64,000 bases of DNA from an uncultured Gammaproteobacteria bacterium (GCA_964491475.1 CAZBFO010000002.1:208501-272500), one strand, 5' to 3'. Positions 46,348 through 56,538 are shown, counted from the first letter of the stretch. A program made the numbers and translations. Notes: generated by a model from the letters alone, not told the origin.

Positions 46348-47316
46348 CTACGTTTCGTTCAGGACGTTGGTCACGGCTTGGCGGTAGACGGACTGGAATG
46401 CGACGGCCTTCCGGTTCGCGACCGCGGTGTCGCCCTCGTGCCGCCGAGGCTCGATGCCGTCGTGCGTGACGTGCTCGATGCCGATGACGTGGATGCCGTT
46501 CTCCGGGTCGCCGTACATGGCGGTGACGCCGTTCGATCCCAAGAAGGGGCCGCTGCCGTCGGAGACGATCAGGCCGGCGTCGGTGAACGCCTTGCGCACG
46601 GCGTCGACGAAGCGGCGATCGGCGGCGGCGAATCCGTTGTGAATCAGGATGACGTCGGGGAGCGTTCCCGTATCGGGGTCGAGCGGTCCGCGCGTCGCGG
46701 GCGGTCCGCAGACGTATCCGCCTTGGCAGGTGGCGACCGCGAAGGCGGGCAGCGTGTGCAGCGCGAGGTGCACGCACTTGCCGTGCAGCGCGGTCAGGCG
46801 GTCGTGATGCGCCGCGATCGTCTCGTGATACGGACGGTAGCCCCAGCGTAGCAGCTCGACGAACTCCCTGCGCGTCAGGGGTCTCCGCAGCACGGGTTCA
46901 CTTTTGGTGTTCACCGTCTCCGTGAGCTGCCGTTCGTCGCGAAGCGTCTCGGCCGAGACGCCGGTGACCACCGTGCGCGCCCAAATGACGCCGTGATGGT
47001 GCTGCCGCTCGTCGGCGCCGATGACCGCCAGTCCCGACACCTCTGTCCGTTCACGATTGCAGTCGACCAGCGCCCGTGCCAGCCGCGTACGGACGCCGGA
47101 CACGGGCATCGTTGCCAGCAGCCGGTCGTACCCGGACAGGATCGGCGCGGCGGCGTCGACTCCGAATCCCAGGGTCTTCCGCACTTCCGCGGACTCGTGC
47201 CGAACCAGCAGGTCGAACCAGTCGGGGATGCCGACGCGGTTCTTGATGCCGTGGACGCCGCTGTGCGGCATCTCCAGCAGCACGGGAGACGCCCCTTCTT
47301 TCGAGATGACCAGCAT
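46348..47316 (-). CDS. N-formylglutamate amidohydrolase-family (zinc hydrolase) protein
   Basis: Start trimmed to MLVISKEGASPVLLEMPHSG. PHSG and later HG, D and E residues fit FGase-like enzymes. Confidence 0.4.
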   Translation of the reverse strand: MLVISKEGASPVLLEMPHSGVHGIKNRVGIPDWFDLLVRHESAEVRKTLGFGVDAAAPILSGYDRLLATMPVSGVRTRLARALVDCNRERTEVSGLAVIGADERQHHHGVIWARTVVTGVSAETLRDERQLTETVNTKSEPVLRRPLTRREFVELLRWGYRPYHETIAAHHDRLTALHGKCVHLALHTLPAFAVATCQGGYVCGPPATRGPLDPDTGTLPDVILIHNGFAAADRRFVDAVRKAFTDAGLIVSDGSGPFLGSNGVTAMYGDPENGIHVIGIEHVTHDGIEPRRHEGDTAVANRKAVAFQSVYRQAVTNVLNET

Positions 47317-47509
47317 GCCTTCCTCTTTTCCGTGCCTTTGGAAAGGACAACGACCGACATTGCCAGCTGCGGCCGGTGAAGTCAACCCGTGTCGTACTGT
47401 CCCATCCCTCTTGCCAAATCCGCTCGGGTGCCGTATAAAGGTGGCTACGAAGTCGGTTTTATTATGCGCTGGGGTACCGGTTCGCCGGGCAGCGCCATTT
47501 ACGAAAGAT

Positions 47510-48190
47510 ATGGAAGCGCTTTCACTGCAGGCAAAAACTCGCGAAGTCACCGGCAAGAAGGTCAAGAAGATCCGCCTTGAGGGTCAGATTCCGGCCGTCG
47601 TTTACGGCCACGGCGTCCCCTCCAAGAACCTGGCGGTCGACTACCGCACCTTCGAGAAGCTGTTCGGCAAGGCCGGCGAATCGTCCCTGATCGACCTGTC
47701 GGTCGAGGGCGGCGATGCGGCCAAGGTGCTGGTACAGGACGTGACCCGCAATCCGCTGACCGAAAAGATCACCCACGTGGACTTCCGCCAGGTGAACATG
47801 AAGGAGAAGCTCGAAGCCGACATCCTGCTCAAGTTCGTCGGCGAGTCGCCGGCCGTCAAGTCGCAGGGCGCCATCCTGGTCCGCAACATGGGCACCATCA
47901 CGGTGCGTTGTCTGCCGGCCGACCTGGTCCACGAGATCGAGGTCAACCTCGGCAGCCTCAAGCAGTTCGAGGACCGCATCACCGTGTCCGATCTCGCCGT
48001 TCCGTCCGGCATCGAGTTCATGGCTCGCCCCGAACAGATCGTGGTCATCGCCAACGCGCCGATCTCCGAAGAGGAACTGGCCGCTTCGCTTGAGTCCAAG
48101 CCCGAAGCCGACGTGACCGCCGTCAAGGCCGCCAACGAGGAGAAGAAGGCCGAGCGCGCCGCCGCCAAGGAAGCTGACGCCAAGGAATAG
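47510..48190 (+). CDS. rplY: 50S ribosomal protein L25 / general stress protein Ctc
   Basis: MEALSLQAKTREVTGKKVKKIRLEGQIPAVVYGHG... with an acidic C-terminal tail. The ORF-track N-terminal extension is rejected. Confidence 0.85.
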   Translation: MEALSLQAKTREVTGKKVKKIRLEGQIPAVVYGHGVPSKNLAVDYRTFEKLFGKAGESSLIDLSVEGGDAAKVLVQDVTRNPLTEKITHVDFRQVNMKEKLEADILLKFVGESPAVKSQGAILVRNMGTITVRCLPADLVHEIEVNLGSLKQFEDRITVSDLAVPSGIEFMARPEQIVVIANAPISEEELAASLESKPEADVTAVKAANEEKKAERAAAKEADAKE

Positions 48191-48235
48191 GCGTCCTCTT
48201 GCCGGCGCTTCGTCGCGTCGTGGTATCATGTGCGC

Positions 48236-49387
48236 ATGAACCTCTTCGCACCCAAAACCCCCGAACGAAAGCCTGCCGCCGCGGCGGGGCGATCGAAGGG
48301 GGTTTTTCGTACCCTGCTTTTCTGGCGGGAGGCCTCGCAGATGAGCGTCCTGGTTTTCACGGTGGCCGTGGCCGTACTGGTCATCACCGTGTCGTACCTG
48401 ACCGGCTGGATCAGCGACTGGACCGGCTTCGTCAAGGCGCACGGCAAGAAAGCGGAGCTTACGGCGGTCAAACCCGCGCCTGTCCCGCCGGCTCACGTGC
48501 GCGCCATCGACGGCGTGGCCGTTCCCGACTCCGAGCCGACCTCCGGCCGTTATTACGCGCTGACCGTCGACAACCTGTACGTGGCGCGGCCGCAGTCCGG
48601 CATCAGCAAGGCGTCGGTAGTGTACGAAGTGCCCGTCGAGGCGGGCATCACCCGCTTCCTGTTCGTCTTCCCGGACGACGCGAAGGTCGAAAAGATCGGG
48701 CCTGTCCGTTCGGCGCGCCCGTACTTTCTGGACTGGATTTCCGAATACGACGCGCTCTACGCCCATGTGGGCGGCAGCAACGAGGCGCTCGACGACATCA
48801 AATCCTACGGCATGCGCGACATGAACGAGTTCTTTCAGGGCGCGTACTTCTGGCGCGCCACGGACCGCGAGGCGCCGCACAACGCCTACACTTCCACGGA
48901 GATGCTCGGCAAGAACTTCGACAAGCGCTTCGCCGACAAGCCGACCAAGCCGCTGGACGGCTGGAAGTTCAAGGCCGACGCGCCTGCAGGTGATCGGCCG
49001 GCGAAGGCCGCCCTGACGATTGCCTACGGCGATCCGCATGTGGACGTCACCTGGGCATACGATGCCGCCACGAACGCGTACTCCCGCAGCCAGGGCGGAA
49101 AAGAGATCAGGGACGACGACGGCACGGCGGTCGTCGCCAAGAACGTCGTCGTGCAGTATGCGGAGGTGACGACCATCGACGACTACGGCCGCCGCAAAAT
49201 CGTGACCATCGGCAAGGGCGACGCCGACTTCGCCGTCGACGGCCAGACGGTGCACGGCACCTGGCGCAAGGACAGCCGCGCCGGCCGTACGCGGTTCTAC
49301 GACGCCAGCCGCAACGAGATTTCCTTCAACGTCGGAACCACCTGGATCGAGGTGGTGCCCGCGGGGACGCAGGTCACCGCGGAATAG
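48236..49387 (+). CDS. DUF3048-like secreted or membrane-anchored protein
   Basis: VYEVPVEAGITRFLFVF...VRSARPYF motifs resemble DUF3048. A TGgTATCAT extended -10 at 48221-48229 ends 7 nt before the ATG, so the mRNA is probably leaderless. Confidence 0.5.
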   Translation: MNLFAPKTPERKPAAAAGRSKGVFRTLLFWREASQMSVLVFTVAVAVLVITVSYLTGWISDWTGFVKAHGKKAELTAVKPAPVPPAHVRAIDGVAVPDSEPTSGRYYALTVDNLYVARPQSGISKASVVYEVPVEAGITRFLFVFPDDAKVEKIGPVRSARPYFLDWISEYDALYAHVGGSNEALDDIKSYGMRDMNEFFQGAYFWRATDREAPHNAYTSTEMLGKNFDKRFADKPTKPLDGWKFKADAPAGDRPAKAALTIAYGDPHVDVTWAYDAATNAYSRSQGGKEIRDDDGTAVVAKNVVVQYAEVTTIDDYGRRKIVTIGKGDADFAVDGQTVHGTWRKDSRAGRTRFYDASRNEISFNVGTTWIEVVPAGTQVTAE

Positions 49388-49411
49388 GCAGACCGTGAGC
49401 CGGAAATCTGT

Positions 49412-49438
49412 AAACGCCGCCCGACGGGGCGGCGTTTC
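49412..49438. terminator. Bidirectional terminator
   Basis: aaacgccgccc-gac-ggggcggcgttt. Confidence 0.55.
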
Positions 49439-49439
49439 G

Positions 49440-50330
49440 CTAACGGAGCTTGGCCAGCAGGCCGACCGTCGTGCCTTCGTAATTCCTGATGCGCTCTGGC
49501 GTCGCTTTTGGAAACTTCCTGCGGACCGCTGCGGCCAGCGACGGGAATTGCGCGGCCAACACTTCGAACGCCACGGTCATTTTTTCGTTCGGCAGCTCGG
49601 ACAGCTGTTCCAGCAACGCGCGGGACGCGTCGAGCCCGTCCTTGCCGCTGAACAGCGCGCTCGCCGGCTCGCGCAGCACGCACTTGGACATCGTGCGGCG
49701 CATCGTCGTGGGAAGATAGGGGAGATTAGCGACGATCAGCGGCGCGGCGCTCGCGGGCAGCGGAATCTTTCGGATGGAGGCGTGGCCCGGCATGGGACGC
49801 AGGCCGAGCAGATTGGCCTTGCGCAGCGCGACGCGCCCGGCGACGCCGTGACGACGAGCGTTCCGGCGGGCCGTGACGAAGGCCGGAATGGAAAGGTCGG
49901 TGGCGATGACGCGGGCTTTCGGAAGCGCGAGTGCCATGGATACGGCGATGCAGCCGGAACCGGTGCCGACGTCGACGACGTAATCGGCGCCTTCTGCGCG
50001 CGCCGCAATCGCGGCCGCCTCGACCACGTGCTCCGTCGCGGGGCGCGGAATGAGCGTGCTGGCGTTCACCTCGAACTCGCGGCCCATGAACCAGGCCGTG
50101 CCCAGCAGCCAGGCGAGAGGTTCGTGCTTGGCACGGCGAGAGAGCAGCGCCGAGAAACGGCGTGCGGCCGCGGAGGGAACGATTTCGTCAAACGACAAAA
50201 AAAGACTCTCGCGCGAGAGCTTTGCGGCATGCGCCAACAGCGCCTCGCACTCGAGTCTCGGATCCGCGCCGTCGCAACGGTGTGCGGACAATTTTTTTGT
50301 TCCCTCGGCGAGGGCTTCGCGGAAGGTCAT
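49440..50330 (-). CDS. prmC: Release factor glutamine methyltransferase (HemK/PrmC)
   Basis: VDVGTGSGCIA SAM motif and a NLPY catalytic motif (NPPY variant); lies immediately downstream of prfA. Confidence 0.75.
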   Translation of the reverse strand: MTFREALAEGTKKLSAHRCDGADPRLECEALLAHAAKLSRESLFLSFDEIVPSAAARRFSALLSRRAKHEPLAWLLGTAWFMGREFEVNASTLIPRPATEHVVEAAAIAARAEGADYVVDVGTGSGCIAVSMALALPKARVIATDLSIPAFVTARRNARRHGVAGRVALRKANLLGLRPMPGHASIRKIPLPASAAPLIVANLPYLPTTMRRTMSKCVLREPASALFSGKDGLDASRALLEQLSELPNEKMTVAFEVLAAQFPSLAAAVRRKFPKATPERIRNYEGTTVGLLAKLR

Positions 50331-50334
50331 ATAC

Positions 50335-51033
50335 TCAGGCCTTCACGCCCATGCCGCGCGCTTCAAGTTCAGCGGTGGCTTTCGCGAGATCTTCGGGGTA
50401 GCCGATCGGGCACCAGAACTCCGCGCGGACGATGGCCACCGGATGATCCTTGGCCATGGTCACGACGGTCTGCGGCAGGCCGAACTCGGCGCCGTCCTTG
50501 ATGGGCACCAGCGGATACGAGAAGAAGCGCATGTCGAGCACGTACAGGCCGGCGTTCACCAGGCCGCCCGGCTCCACGTCGGCGCCTTCGATGATGCCGA
50601 TGACGTTGCCGGCGGCATCGGTGCGGAAGGCGCCGTAGCGGCCCTTGGATTCGGCCGGCTTTGCCAGTATCGCCAGTTCGCGCGAACATGCAGAGGCGAT
50701 ATCGTCGCGGCCGTAAAGGTCGTCGCCGTTGAGCACCAAAAATTTGCCGTTCAAAAACGAGGCGCACTGCCCCAGCGCGTGACCGCTGCCGAGCAGTTCG
50801 GCCTGCTCCACGTAACGGACGCGACGACCCTGCCACGAATCACCGAAGTGTTCAGTGATTTTTTCCTTGAGGTAGCCGACCACCAGGATCACCTCGTCGA
50901 TTTCCGCGGGAAGCGATTCCAGCGTCCATTCCAAGATGGGGCGTCCGGCGACCGGAAGCATCGGCTTGGGAACGGTGAGCGTGTGCGGTCGCAGGCGCGT
51001 GCCCAGACCGGCGGCCATGATGACGGCTTGCAT
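50335..51033 (-). CDS. Sugar-phosphate nucleotidyltransferase
   Basis: MQAVIMAAGLGTRLRPHTLTVPKPMLPV is the G-x-G-T-R-x-x-P signature. Confidence 0.7.
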   Translation of the reverse strand: MQAVIMAAGLGTRLRPHTLTVPKPMLPVAGRPILEWTLESLPAEIDEVILVVGYLKEKITEHFGDSWQGRRVRYVEQAELLGSGHALGQCASFLNGKFLVLNGDDLYGRDDIASACSRELAILAKPAESKGRYGAFRTDAAGNVIGIIEGADVEPGGLVNAGLYVLDMRFFSYPLVPIKDGAEFGLPQTVVTMAKDHPVAIVRAEFWCPIGYPEDLAKATAELEARGMGVKA

Positions 51034-51044
51034 AGCTCGGGCGA

Positions 51045-52142
51045 TTACTCCTCGTCCTCGTCGTCTTCGCCGAGCGCGCCGATGGCGCCGTTCAATGCCG
51101 CCGAGCGGACCGCCTGAATCAGCGGGTCCAGGTCGCCGTCGAGCACGTTGGGAATGTTGTGCCAGGACTTCTTGATGCGGTGGTCGGTGATGCGGTCCTG
51201 GGGGAAGTTGTAGGTGCGGATTTTGTCGGAGCGGCCGCCGGTGCCGACTTGGGCGCCGCGCAGCGCCTTTTCGGCAGCCATGCGCTTTTCCTCCTCGATG
51301 GCGTACAGGCGCGCGCGCAAGATGCCCATGGCGCGTTCCTTGTTCTGCGTCTGCGAGCGCTCATCTTGGCATTGTACTATCATTCCGGTCGGCAGGTAGG
51401 TGACGCGCACCGCCGAGTAGGTGGTCTGCACGCCCTGTCCGCCGTGACCGCCGGCCAGGAAGGTGTCGATTCGCAAGTCCTTGGGGTCGATCTTGATGTC
51501 GATTTCTTCCGTCTCGGGCATCACTGCCACGGACACGGCCGAGGTGTGGATGCGGCCCTGCTTCTCGGTTTCGGGGACGCGCTGCACGCGATGCACGCCG
51601 CTCTCGTACTTGAAGTCGCGATAGGCGTTGGTGCCTTCCACCATGAAGATGACTTCCTTCACGCCGCCCAATTCGGTGCGGTTCGAAGAAGACAGCTTGG
51701 CCTTCCAGCCGCGGCGCTCGCAGTAGCGCATGTACATGCGGTACAGCTCGGCACCGAACAGCGAGGCTTCATCACCGCCTGCGCCGGCACGGATTTCGAC
51801 GTAGCAGTTCTTGCTGTCCATCGGTTCCGGCGGCACCAGCGCGGACTCCAGTTCGGTGCGGAGCGTTTCCTCCATGCCGGCAAGCGAGGCCAGCTCCTCG
51901 GTCGCCATCTGCTTCATCTCCGGCTCGTCGGCGGATTCCGCGATGGTCTTTTCGGCTTCGGCCTTGGCGGCCAGCACCGCCTCGTAGCGTTCCGAAATCT
52001 CGATGCACACCTTGGTGTCGTCGTACTCGCGGTTCAGATCCTTCAGCTTGCGGGTATCGGAAAAGGTGGCCGGGTTCGCCAGCAGCGCTTCGATTTCGTC
52101 TTTTCTTTGTCGCTTCTTGGCGACGGCGGCTCGTAGGTCCAT
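51045..52142 (-). CDS. prfA: Peptide chain release factor 1
   Basis: GGQ motif ([12 protein letters not shown]) and a PxT-like region; 365 aa. Confidence 0.9.
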   Translation of the reverse strand: MDLRAAVAKKRQRKDEIEALLANPATFSDTRKLKDLNREYDDTKVCIEISERYEAVLAAKAEAEKTIAESADEPEMKQMATEELASLAGMEETLRTELESALVPPEPMDSKNCYVEIRAGAGGDEASLFGAELYRMYMRYCERRGWKAKLSSSNRTELGGVKEVIFMVEGTNAYRDFKYESGVHRVQRVPETEKQGRIHTSAVSVAVMPETEEIDIKIDPKDLRIDTFLAGGHGGQGVQTTYSAVRVTYLPTGMIVQCQDERSQTQNKERAMGILRARLYAIEEEKRMAAEKALRGAQVGTGGRSDKIRTYNFPQDRITDHRIKKSWHNIPNVLDGDLDPLIQAVRSAALNGAIGALGEDDEDEE

Positions 52143-52149
52143 AGGAAAA

Positions 52150-52215
52150 TGATGATACGTTCAGGCGCAAACAAAAAGTGGAAAAGCGGAAAGGGGAGAG
52201 CCTTATGCCTGCTCC
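52150..52215 (-). terminator. Putative terminator or structured spacer downstream of rpmE
   Basis: On the minus strand, gggagcaggcauaaggcucuccc followed by cuuuccgcuuuuccacuuuuuguuug. An inverted repeat agtggaaaag...cttttccact is also present. Confidence 0.35.
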
Positions 52216-52242
52216 CACTTTTGCACTTTTCCACTAGCACCG

Positions 52243-52518
52243 CTACTTGGCGTCCTTCTTGGCCTTGCGGGCGGCTTCCTTGGCCTTCTTGGCGGCGGAA
52301 CCGGCGACTTTGGAGGACTTCTTGGTGGTGCGCTCTTGGAACTTCTCGACGCGGCGGGCGGTGTCGACCAGCTTCTGCTTGCCGGTGTAGAAGGGGTGGC
52401 AGTTCGAACACAGTTCGATCTGGATCTCCTTCACGGTCGAACCGACGGTGAACTCGTTGCCGCAGGCGCAGACGACCTTGGCATCCGGGAAATAGGTTGG
52501 GTGGGTTTCTTTCTTCAT
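52243..52518 (-). CDS. rpmE: 50S ribosomal protein L31 (zinc-ribbon type) with a K/A-rich tail
   Basis: Motifs CACGNEF and [13 protein letters not shown]. Confidence 0.9.
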   Translation of the reverse strand: MKKETHPTYFPDAKVVCACGNEFTVGSTVKEIQIELCSNCHPFYTGKQKLVDTARRVEKFQERTTKKSSKVAGSAAKKAKEAARKAKKDAK

Positions 52519-52686
52519 AGAGTGAGAAATCGACCCAAAGGCGGGTCGTCAATGCGAGGAATGTAGCACCGTTGCGCAAAATGCGCAAGGGGAGGGGGAG
52601 TCGCCGGCGGCTCTTGCTTATTCGGGGCTATTCGAGCATACTCGGGCCTGCGTTCATCCCGAACGCTGCTCACCAGGAGCCGAAAC

Positions 52687-53457
52687 GTGTCCGAAAAACA
52701 TTTTTTGACCACCTCGAACGTCACTGGAGTCGCAAGTGCTGCGTACGACACCGTCATCTTCACCTGCAACGTGCAGGGAACCGGCCTCACGGGCCCCAAG
52801 GCGAAGGAGGCGGCCCGTCCGGCCATCGACGCCCTCATCGCCACGCTCGACGCGCTCGAAAAGGACGGCCTCAAGATCGATCGCGAAGGACTGCGGGCGG
52901 AGCCGAACGTGCAGCCGGCGTACGACTACGATTCGTCGACGCGCCGGAACACGCCAGTCGGCTACACCGCCAGCTACACGCTGACCTTCCAGAGCTGCTC
53001 CGTCGAGAGCGCGAGCGAAGTCCACGACAAACTCACCGAGGTCAACGGCGTCACCGCGAATGCGCCGGCCTTCAAGCTCAAGAATCTCACCAAGCTCCAC
53101 TCCAGGGCGCTTCGTGATGCCAAGGCCAAGCGCGACGCGCGCTTCAAGGACGAGTGCAAGGTGTTCGGTCTGGATCCGGACGACTACTGCGTGGACAGCT
53201 ATCAGCCGAGCTACGACGAAAGCGAGTCGGCCGGCGCACAGCTGTACGCACACGCGGCCGCGAGTCACGAAAGCGTCGGCGGCGGTTCGCCGGTGAAGAT
53301 CAAGTCCGGTAGGGCGACGGTCACGGTGCGCCTGACCTCGAACTACCGACTGCGCGGCGTGTCAATCCTGCGGCCAGCCACGTCCGGCGCGTCGAAGTCG
53401 TCCAAGTCCGGTGCCAAGGACCAGCCAGCCAGCAACGGCGGCGACGCCACCTCCTAA
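52687..53457 (+). CDS. SIMPL/DUF541-like protein (paralog of the 61798 gene)
   Basis: KAKEAARPAIDALIATLDALEKDGL parallels the SIMPL region of the 61798 protein. Confidence 0.4.
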   Translation: MSEKHFLTTSNVTGVASAAYDTVIFTCNVQGTGLTGPKAKEAARPAIDALIATLDALEKDGLKIDREGLRAEPNVQPAYDYDSSTRRNTPVGYTASYTLTFQSCSVESASEVHDKLTEVNGVTANAPAFKLKNLTKLHSRALRDAKAKRDARFKDECKVFGLDPDDYCVDSYQPSYDESESAGAQLYAHAAASHESVGGGSPVKIKSGRATVTVRLTSNYRLRGVSILRPATSGASKSSKSGAKDQPASNGGDATS

Positions 53458-53465
53458 CGTCTCGG

Positions 53466-53497
53466 CCCCTCATCATCCTGTGAGGGGCTTTTTAAAT
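53466..53497 (+). terminator. Rho-independent terminator
   Basis: cccctca-tcatcctg-tgagggg followed by cttttt. Confidence 0.55.
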
Positions 53498-53699
53498 GCC
53501 GAAAGCCCCTTAGCCTTGCTTTTTTCGGGGTCTTCGTATAGAGTACCGCCTGAAGAAGCCCCACCAGGCTCTCTTCTTTAATCTCACATGCGTTTCATTA
53601 CAGGCATCGCGACCTGGCGCACCGTACGGTGCAGCCCCGCGACCGCCGAAACGCAGCGGGGAAGCAGCATTAAGCTGCTTCCACATAAGGGCCATATTT

Positions 53700-54458
53700 A
53701 TGCCAAAACTTCCGTCGCTTCTGGAGATGCTCCAGGCCGGAGTGCACTTCGGGCACCGCGATTCCCGCTGGCACCCCAAGATGAAGAATTACATTTTCGG
53801 TTCTCGCAACGGGATCCACATCGTCGACCTCGAGAAGACGCTCACGCGCCTCGAGGAAGCGCTGACCTACGTCCGTGACCTCACGGCCCGCGGCGGCGTC
53901 ATCCTGTTCCTGGGCACCAAGCGCCAGGCTCGCGACATCATCAAGAAGTACGCCGAAGAGTGCGGCGCCCCCTACATTTCGGGACGCTGGCTCGGCGGCA
54001 CCCTCACCAACTTCGGCGAGGTCATGAACCTGGTCAAGCACTTCAACGACCTCAAGGCCAAGCAGGCCTCGGGCGCGCTGGCCAAGTATACCAAGAAGGA
54101 GCAGGCCAACTTCGCCAAGGAGATTGAAGACCTCGAGAACAAGGTCGGTGGCATCTCGGCCATCACCCGCGCTCCGGACGCCGTCTTCGTTGTCGACATC
54201 ATGAAGGAGAAGACCGCCGTCGCCGAAGCCGTCACCCGCGGCATCCCGCTGGTCGCCCTCACCGACACCAACGTCAACCCGGAGAAGGTCGCCTACCCGA
54301 TCCCGTCCAACGACGACGCCGTGAAGACCATCGAGCTGATGACCAAGCTCATCGCCGAGGCCGTCAAGGAAGGCAAAAAGCTCCGCGAGTCGCAGGCCGC
54401 CGAAGCCGACAAGGCCCGCGCCAAGGCCGTGGCCGCCGCCGGTCCGGTCGGCAAGTAA
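53700..54458 (+). CDS. rpsB: 30S ribosomal protein S2
   Basis: LLEMLQAGVHFGHRDSRWHPKM is canonical S2. Confidence 0.95.
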   Translation: MPKLPSLLEMLQAGVHFGHRDSRWHPKMKNYIFGSRNGIHIVDLEKTLTRLEEALTYVRDLTARGGVILFLGTKRQARDIIKKYAEECGAPYISGRWLGGTLTNFGEVMNLVKHFNDLKAKQASGALAKYTKKEQANFAKEIEDLENKVGGISAITRAPDAVFVVDIMKEKTAVAEAVTRGIPLVALTDTNVNPEKVAYPIPSNDDAVKTIELMTKLIAEAVKEGKKLRESQAAEADKARAKAVAAAGPVGK

Positions 54459-54485
54459 ACGCAAAGTCACGTAACCCCGTTCTCT

Positions 54486-55076
54486 ATGGCAACCATGTCA
54501 CTCATCAGCGAGCTCCGCGCCATCACTAACGCCGGCATCGTCGACTGCAAGAAGGCACTCGAGGAGGCCGGCGACGACCTGGCCAAGGCCGTCGAGATTC
54601 TTCGCAAGAAGGGCATCGCCAAGGCCTCTTCCAAGGGCGACCGCGCCACCAAGGAAGGCCTGGTCTCGTCGTACATCCACGGCGAGGGCCGCATCGGCGT
54701 GCTGGTCGAGGTGCTCTGCGAGACCGACTTCGTCGCCCGCACCGAGCAGTTCAAGGAGTTCGTCCACGAGGTCGCCCTCCAGATTTCCGCCACCAACCCG
54801 CTGTACCTCAACCGCGAGGCGATTCCGCCCGAGGTCATCGAGAAGGAGAAGGAGCTGGCCATGGCCGAGTTCGCCGGCTCCAGCAAGCCCGTCGAGATGC
54901 TCGAGAAGATCGCCCAGGGCAAGCTGGAGCGCTACTACTCCGAAGCCTGTCTTCTCGATCAGGCCTACATCAAGGACGAGGACAAGACCATCGGCGAGTA
55001 CCTCAAGGAGACCATCGCCAAGACCGGCGAGAACATCCAGGTCCGCCGCTTCAGCCGCTACTCGCTCGGCGAGTAA
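54486..55076 (+). CDS. tsf: Elongation factor Ts (short form, 196 aa)
   Basis: LRAITNAGIVDCKKALEEAGDDLAKAVEILRKKG is the UBA-like N-terminus. Confidence 0.9.
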   Translation: MATMSLISELRAITNAGIVDCKKALEEAGDDLAKAVEILRKKGIAKASSKGDRATKEGLVSSYIHGEGRIGVLVEVLCETDFVARTEQFKEFVHEVALQISATNPLYLNREAIPPEVIEKEKELAMAEFAGSSKPVEMLEKIAQGKLERYYSEACLLDQAYIKDEDKTIGEYLKETIAKTGENIQVRRFSRYSLGE

Positions 55077-55107
55077 GCATTCGACTTCATCACCAGACGA
55101 AAACCGT

Positions 55108-55137
55108 CCCGTCGCGGGGCGGTTTTTCGTTGACGGC
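55108..55137 (+). terminator. Rho-independent terminator of tsf
   Basis: ccgtcccg-tcg-cggggcgg followed by tttttcg. Confidence 0.5.
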
Positions 55138-55210
55138 AATCACGCTTGACCGCGCAGAACTCGCGAGATACGCTCGTCGCGGCTCTTTCCCGCGCGAAAG
55201 GAGGACGCTG

Positions 55211-55669
55211 ATGTCCAAAGAACGAAAAGAACGCAGTGACGCCGATCTTGCGCGCCAGCTTCTCGAGGGTGACGGTGCGGAGAAGGCCGAGGCCAAGCGG
55301 GAGCTTGAACTTCGGCTGATGACGCTGAACCATTACGCGAGCGCGTTGGCCGGCATGGTCCGTGCTGCCGCGCTGTCCGGAGCCGGACGCCGTGCCGCCG
55401 AGGACGCGTTTCCGTACAAGGTCAGCCTGCATATCGGGCACAACGCTCCAGGGTCAGAAGGCGCTCGCAACTGGGAACCGCTCACGGCCGGCATCGAAGC
55501 CCAGTTTCGAAGCAACGGCTTCGAACCGCAGCGCGCCACGTGGACGGGGTACTACTTCGACCATGAGTCGGATACCGACGACATGCCCTACACGGGCATC
55601 ATCGTCGCACTGCCGCGACAGGCAGGACGAAAGAAAGGTTCCCGTTCTTCCCAAAGAGGCCGCAAGTGA
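55211..55669 (+). CDS. Hypothetical protein (152 aa)
   Basis: The ATG follows an aaggagg RBS. Its stop overlaps the start of the NUDIX gene. Confidence 0.45.
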   Translation: MSKERKERSDADLARQLLEGDGAEKAEAKRELELRLMTLNHYASALAGMVRAAALSGAGRRAAEDAFPYKVSLHIGHNAPGSEGARNWEPLTAGIEAQFRSNGFEPQRATWTGYYFDHESDTDDMPYTGIIVALPRQAGRKKGSRSSQRGRK

Positions 55670-56166
55670 ACACGAACAAAGACGACGACCAGATTGCCTG
55701 CCGGAACAAGTGGGGAGAGACGGTCATGGTGCGGCGTGACGAGCTGGTTTTCCGGCCGAGCGCCTATACGGTCATCGAGTCTTCGGGCTTGGTGCTGCTG
55801 ATGCGCTCTCCTGCGGGCAAATACTTTTTTCCCGGCGGCGGACAGGACAAAGGCGAGCTGCTGCAGGACTGCGCGGTCCGCGAGACCTGGGAGGAAACCG
55901 GCGGCATCGAAGTCCGCATCGGCAGGTATCTCGGCGTGTTCGAGGACTTCTATTACTGGCAGAAAGCGAAGATCGCCTTCCACGCCCAGTGCCACGCCTA
56001 CGTGGCGCATCTTGTCGACGCCGCCGCCGTCATTCCCGACGGTTTCGGCACTGACGACGAAGGCTATCCCGAATGGAAGCTGCTGGCCGAATTGGCCGCG
56101 CGTCCCGAGATGATGATGAAGGGCATCGCCGACAGGATACTGGCGGCGTACCTGGAAAGCCGCTAG
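55666..56166 (+). CDS. NUDIX hydrolase
   Basis: Nudix box GGGQDKGELLQDCAVRETWEETG. Confidence 0.8.
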   Translation: MNTNKDDDQIACRNKWGETVMVRRDELVFRPSAYTVIESSGLVLLMRSPAGKYFFPGGGQDKGELLQDCAVRETWEETGGIEVRIGRYLGVFEDFYYWQKAKIAFHAQCHAYVAHLVDAAAVIPDGFGTDDEGYPEWKLLAELAARPEMMMKGIADRILAAYLESR

Positions 56167-56183
56167 CCGCAAGGCTGGCATGC

Positions 56184-56207
56184 AGAGCGCATCAGCGCTC
56201 TTTTTTG
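56184..56207 (+). terminator. Rho-independent terminator
   Basis: agagcgc-atca-gcgctct followed by tttttt. Confidence 0.65.
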
Positions 56208-56230
56208 TTCTTGGCCCGGGCGGCGATGCC

Positions 56231-56259
56231 TTGACAATCGCCCTTTTTTCTGCTATTAT
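56231..56259 (+). promoter_or_regulatory. Near-consensus promoter TTGACA-17-TGcTATTAT
   Basis: TTGACA at 56231-56236, a 17-nt spacer and TATTAT at 56254-56259 with an upstream TG. It is the best sigma70-like match in the window. Confidence 0.55.
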
Positions 56260-56338
56260 GGCGCGTCACGTAACCGTACGTGGCGCGCGCAGCAACCTCA
56301 CTTTCCGACAGTATGCGGTCGGGTGAAAGGAATCAGTC

Positions 56339-56515
56339 ATGGTCAAGGAATCGGCGTTTCGCGACGAAGACATCTTCCAAGTTTTCTGGCAAAATGTCAG
56401 CCGGCTTCGGCGGGCGCAAGGCTGTCAGCAGGTGCACCGCAAACCCACCCTCGAAGACATGGACAAACAGCTTCCAGGGGGAGCGGAAAGCCAATCGCAG
56501 ACTGTTGACGAGTAG
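56339..56515 (+). CDS. Orphan 58-codon ORF (or sRNA) in a self-contained transcription unit
   Basis: ATG follows a gaaagga RBS and encodes MVKESAFRDEDIFQVFWQNVSRLRRAQGCQQVHRKPTLEDMDKQLPGGAESQSQTVDE. GC3 is modest for this genome. It lies between a strong promoter and a strong terminator, and is below the 60-aa floor of the ORF track. Confidence 0.3.
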   Translation: MVKESAFRDEDIFQVFWQNVSRLRRAQGCQQVHRKPTLEDMDKQLPGGAESQSQTVDE

Positions 56516-56538
56516 CTGATCGGAGGCGCTCTTACCGA

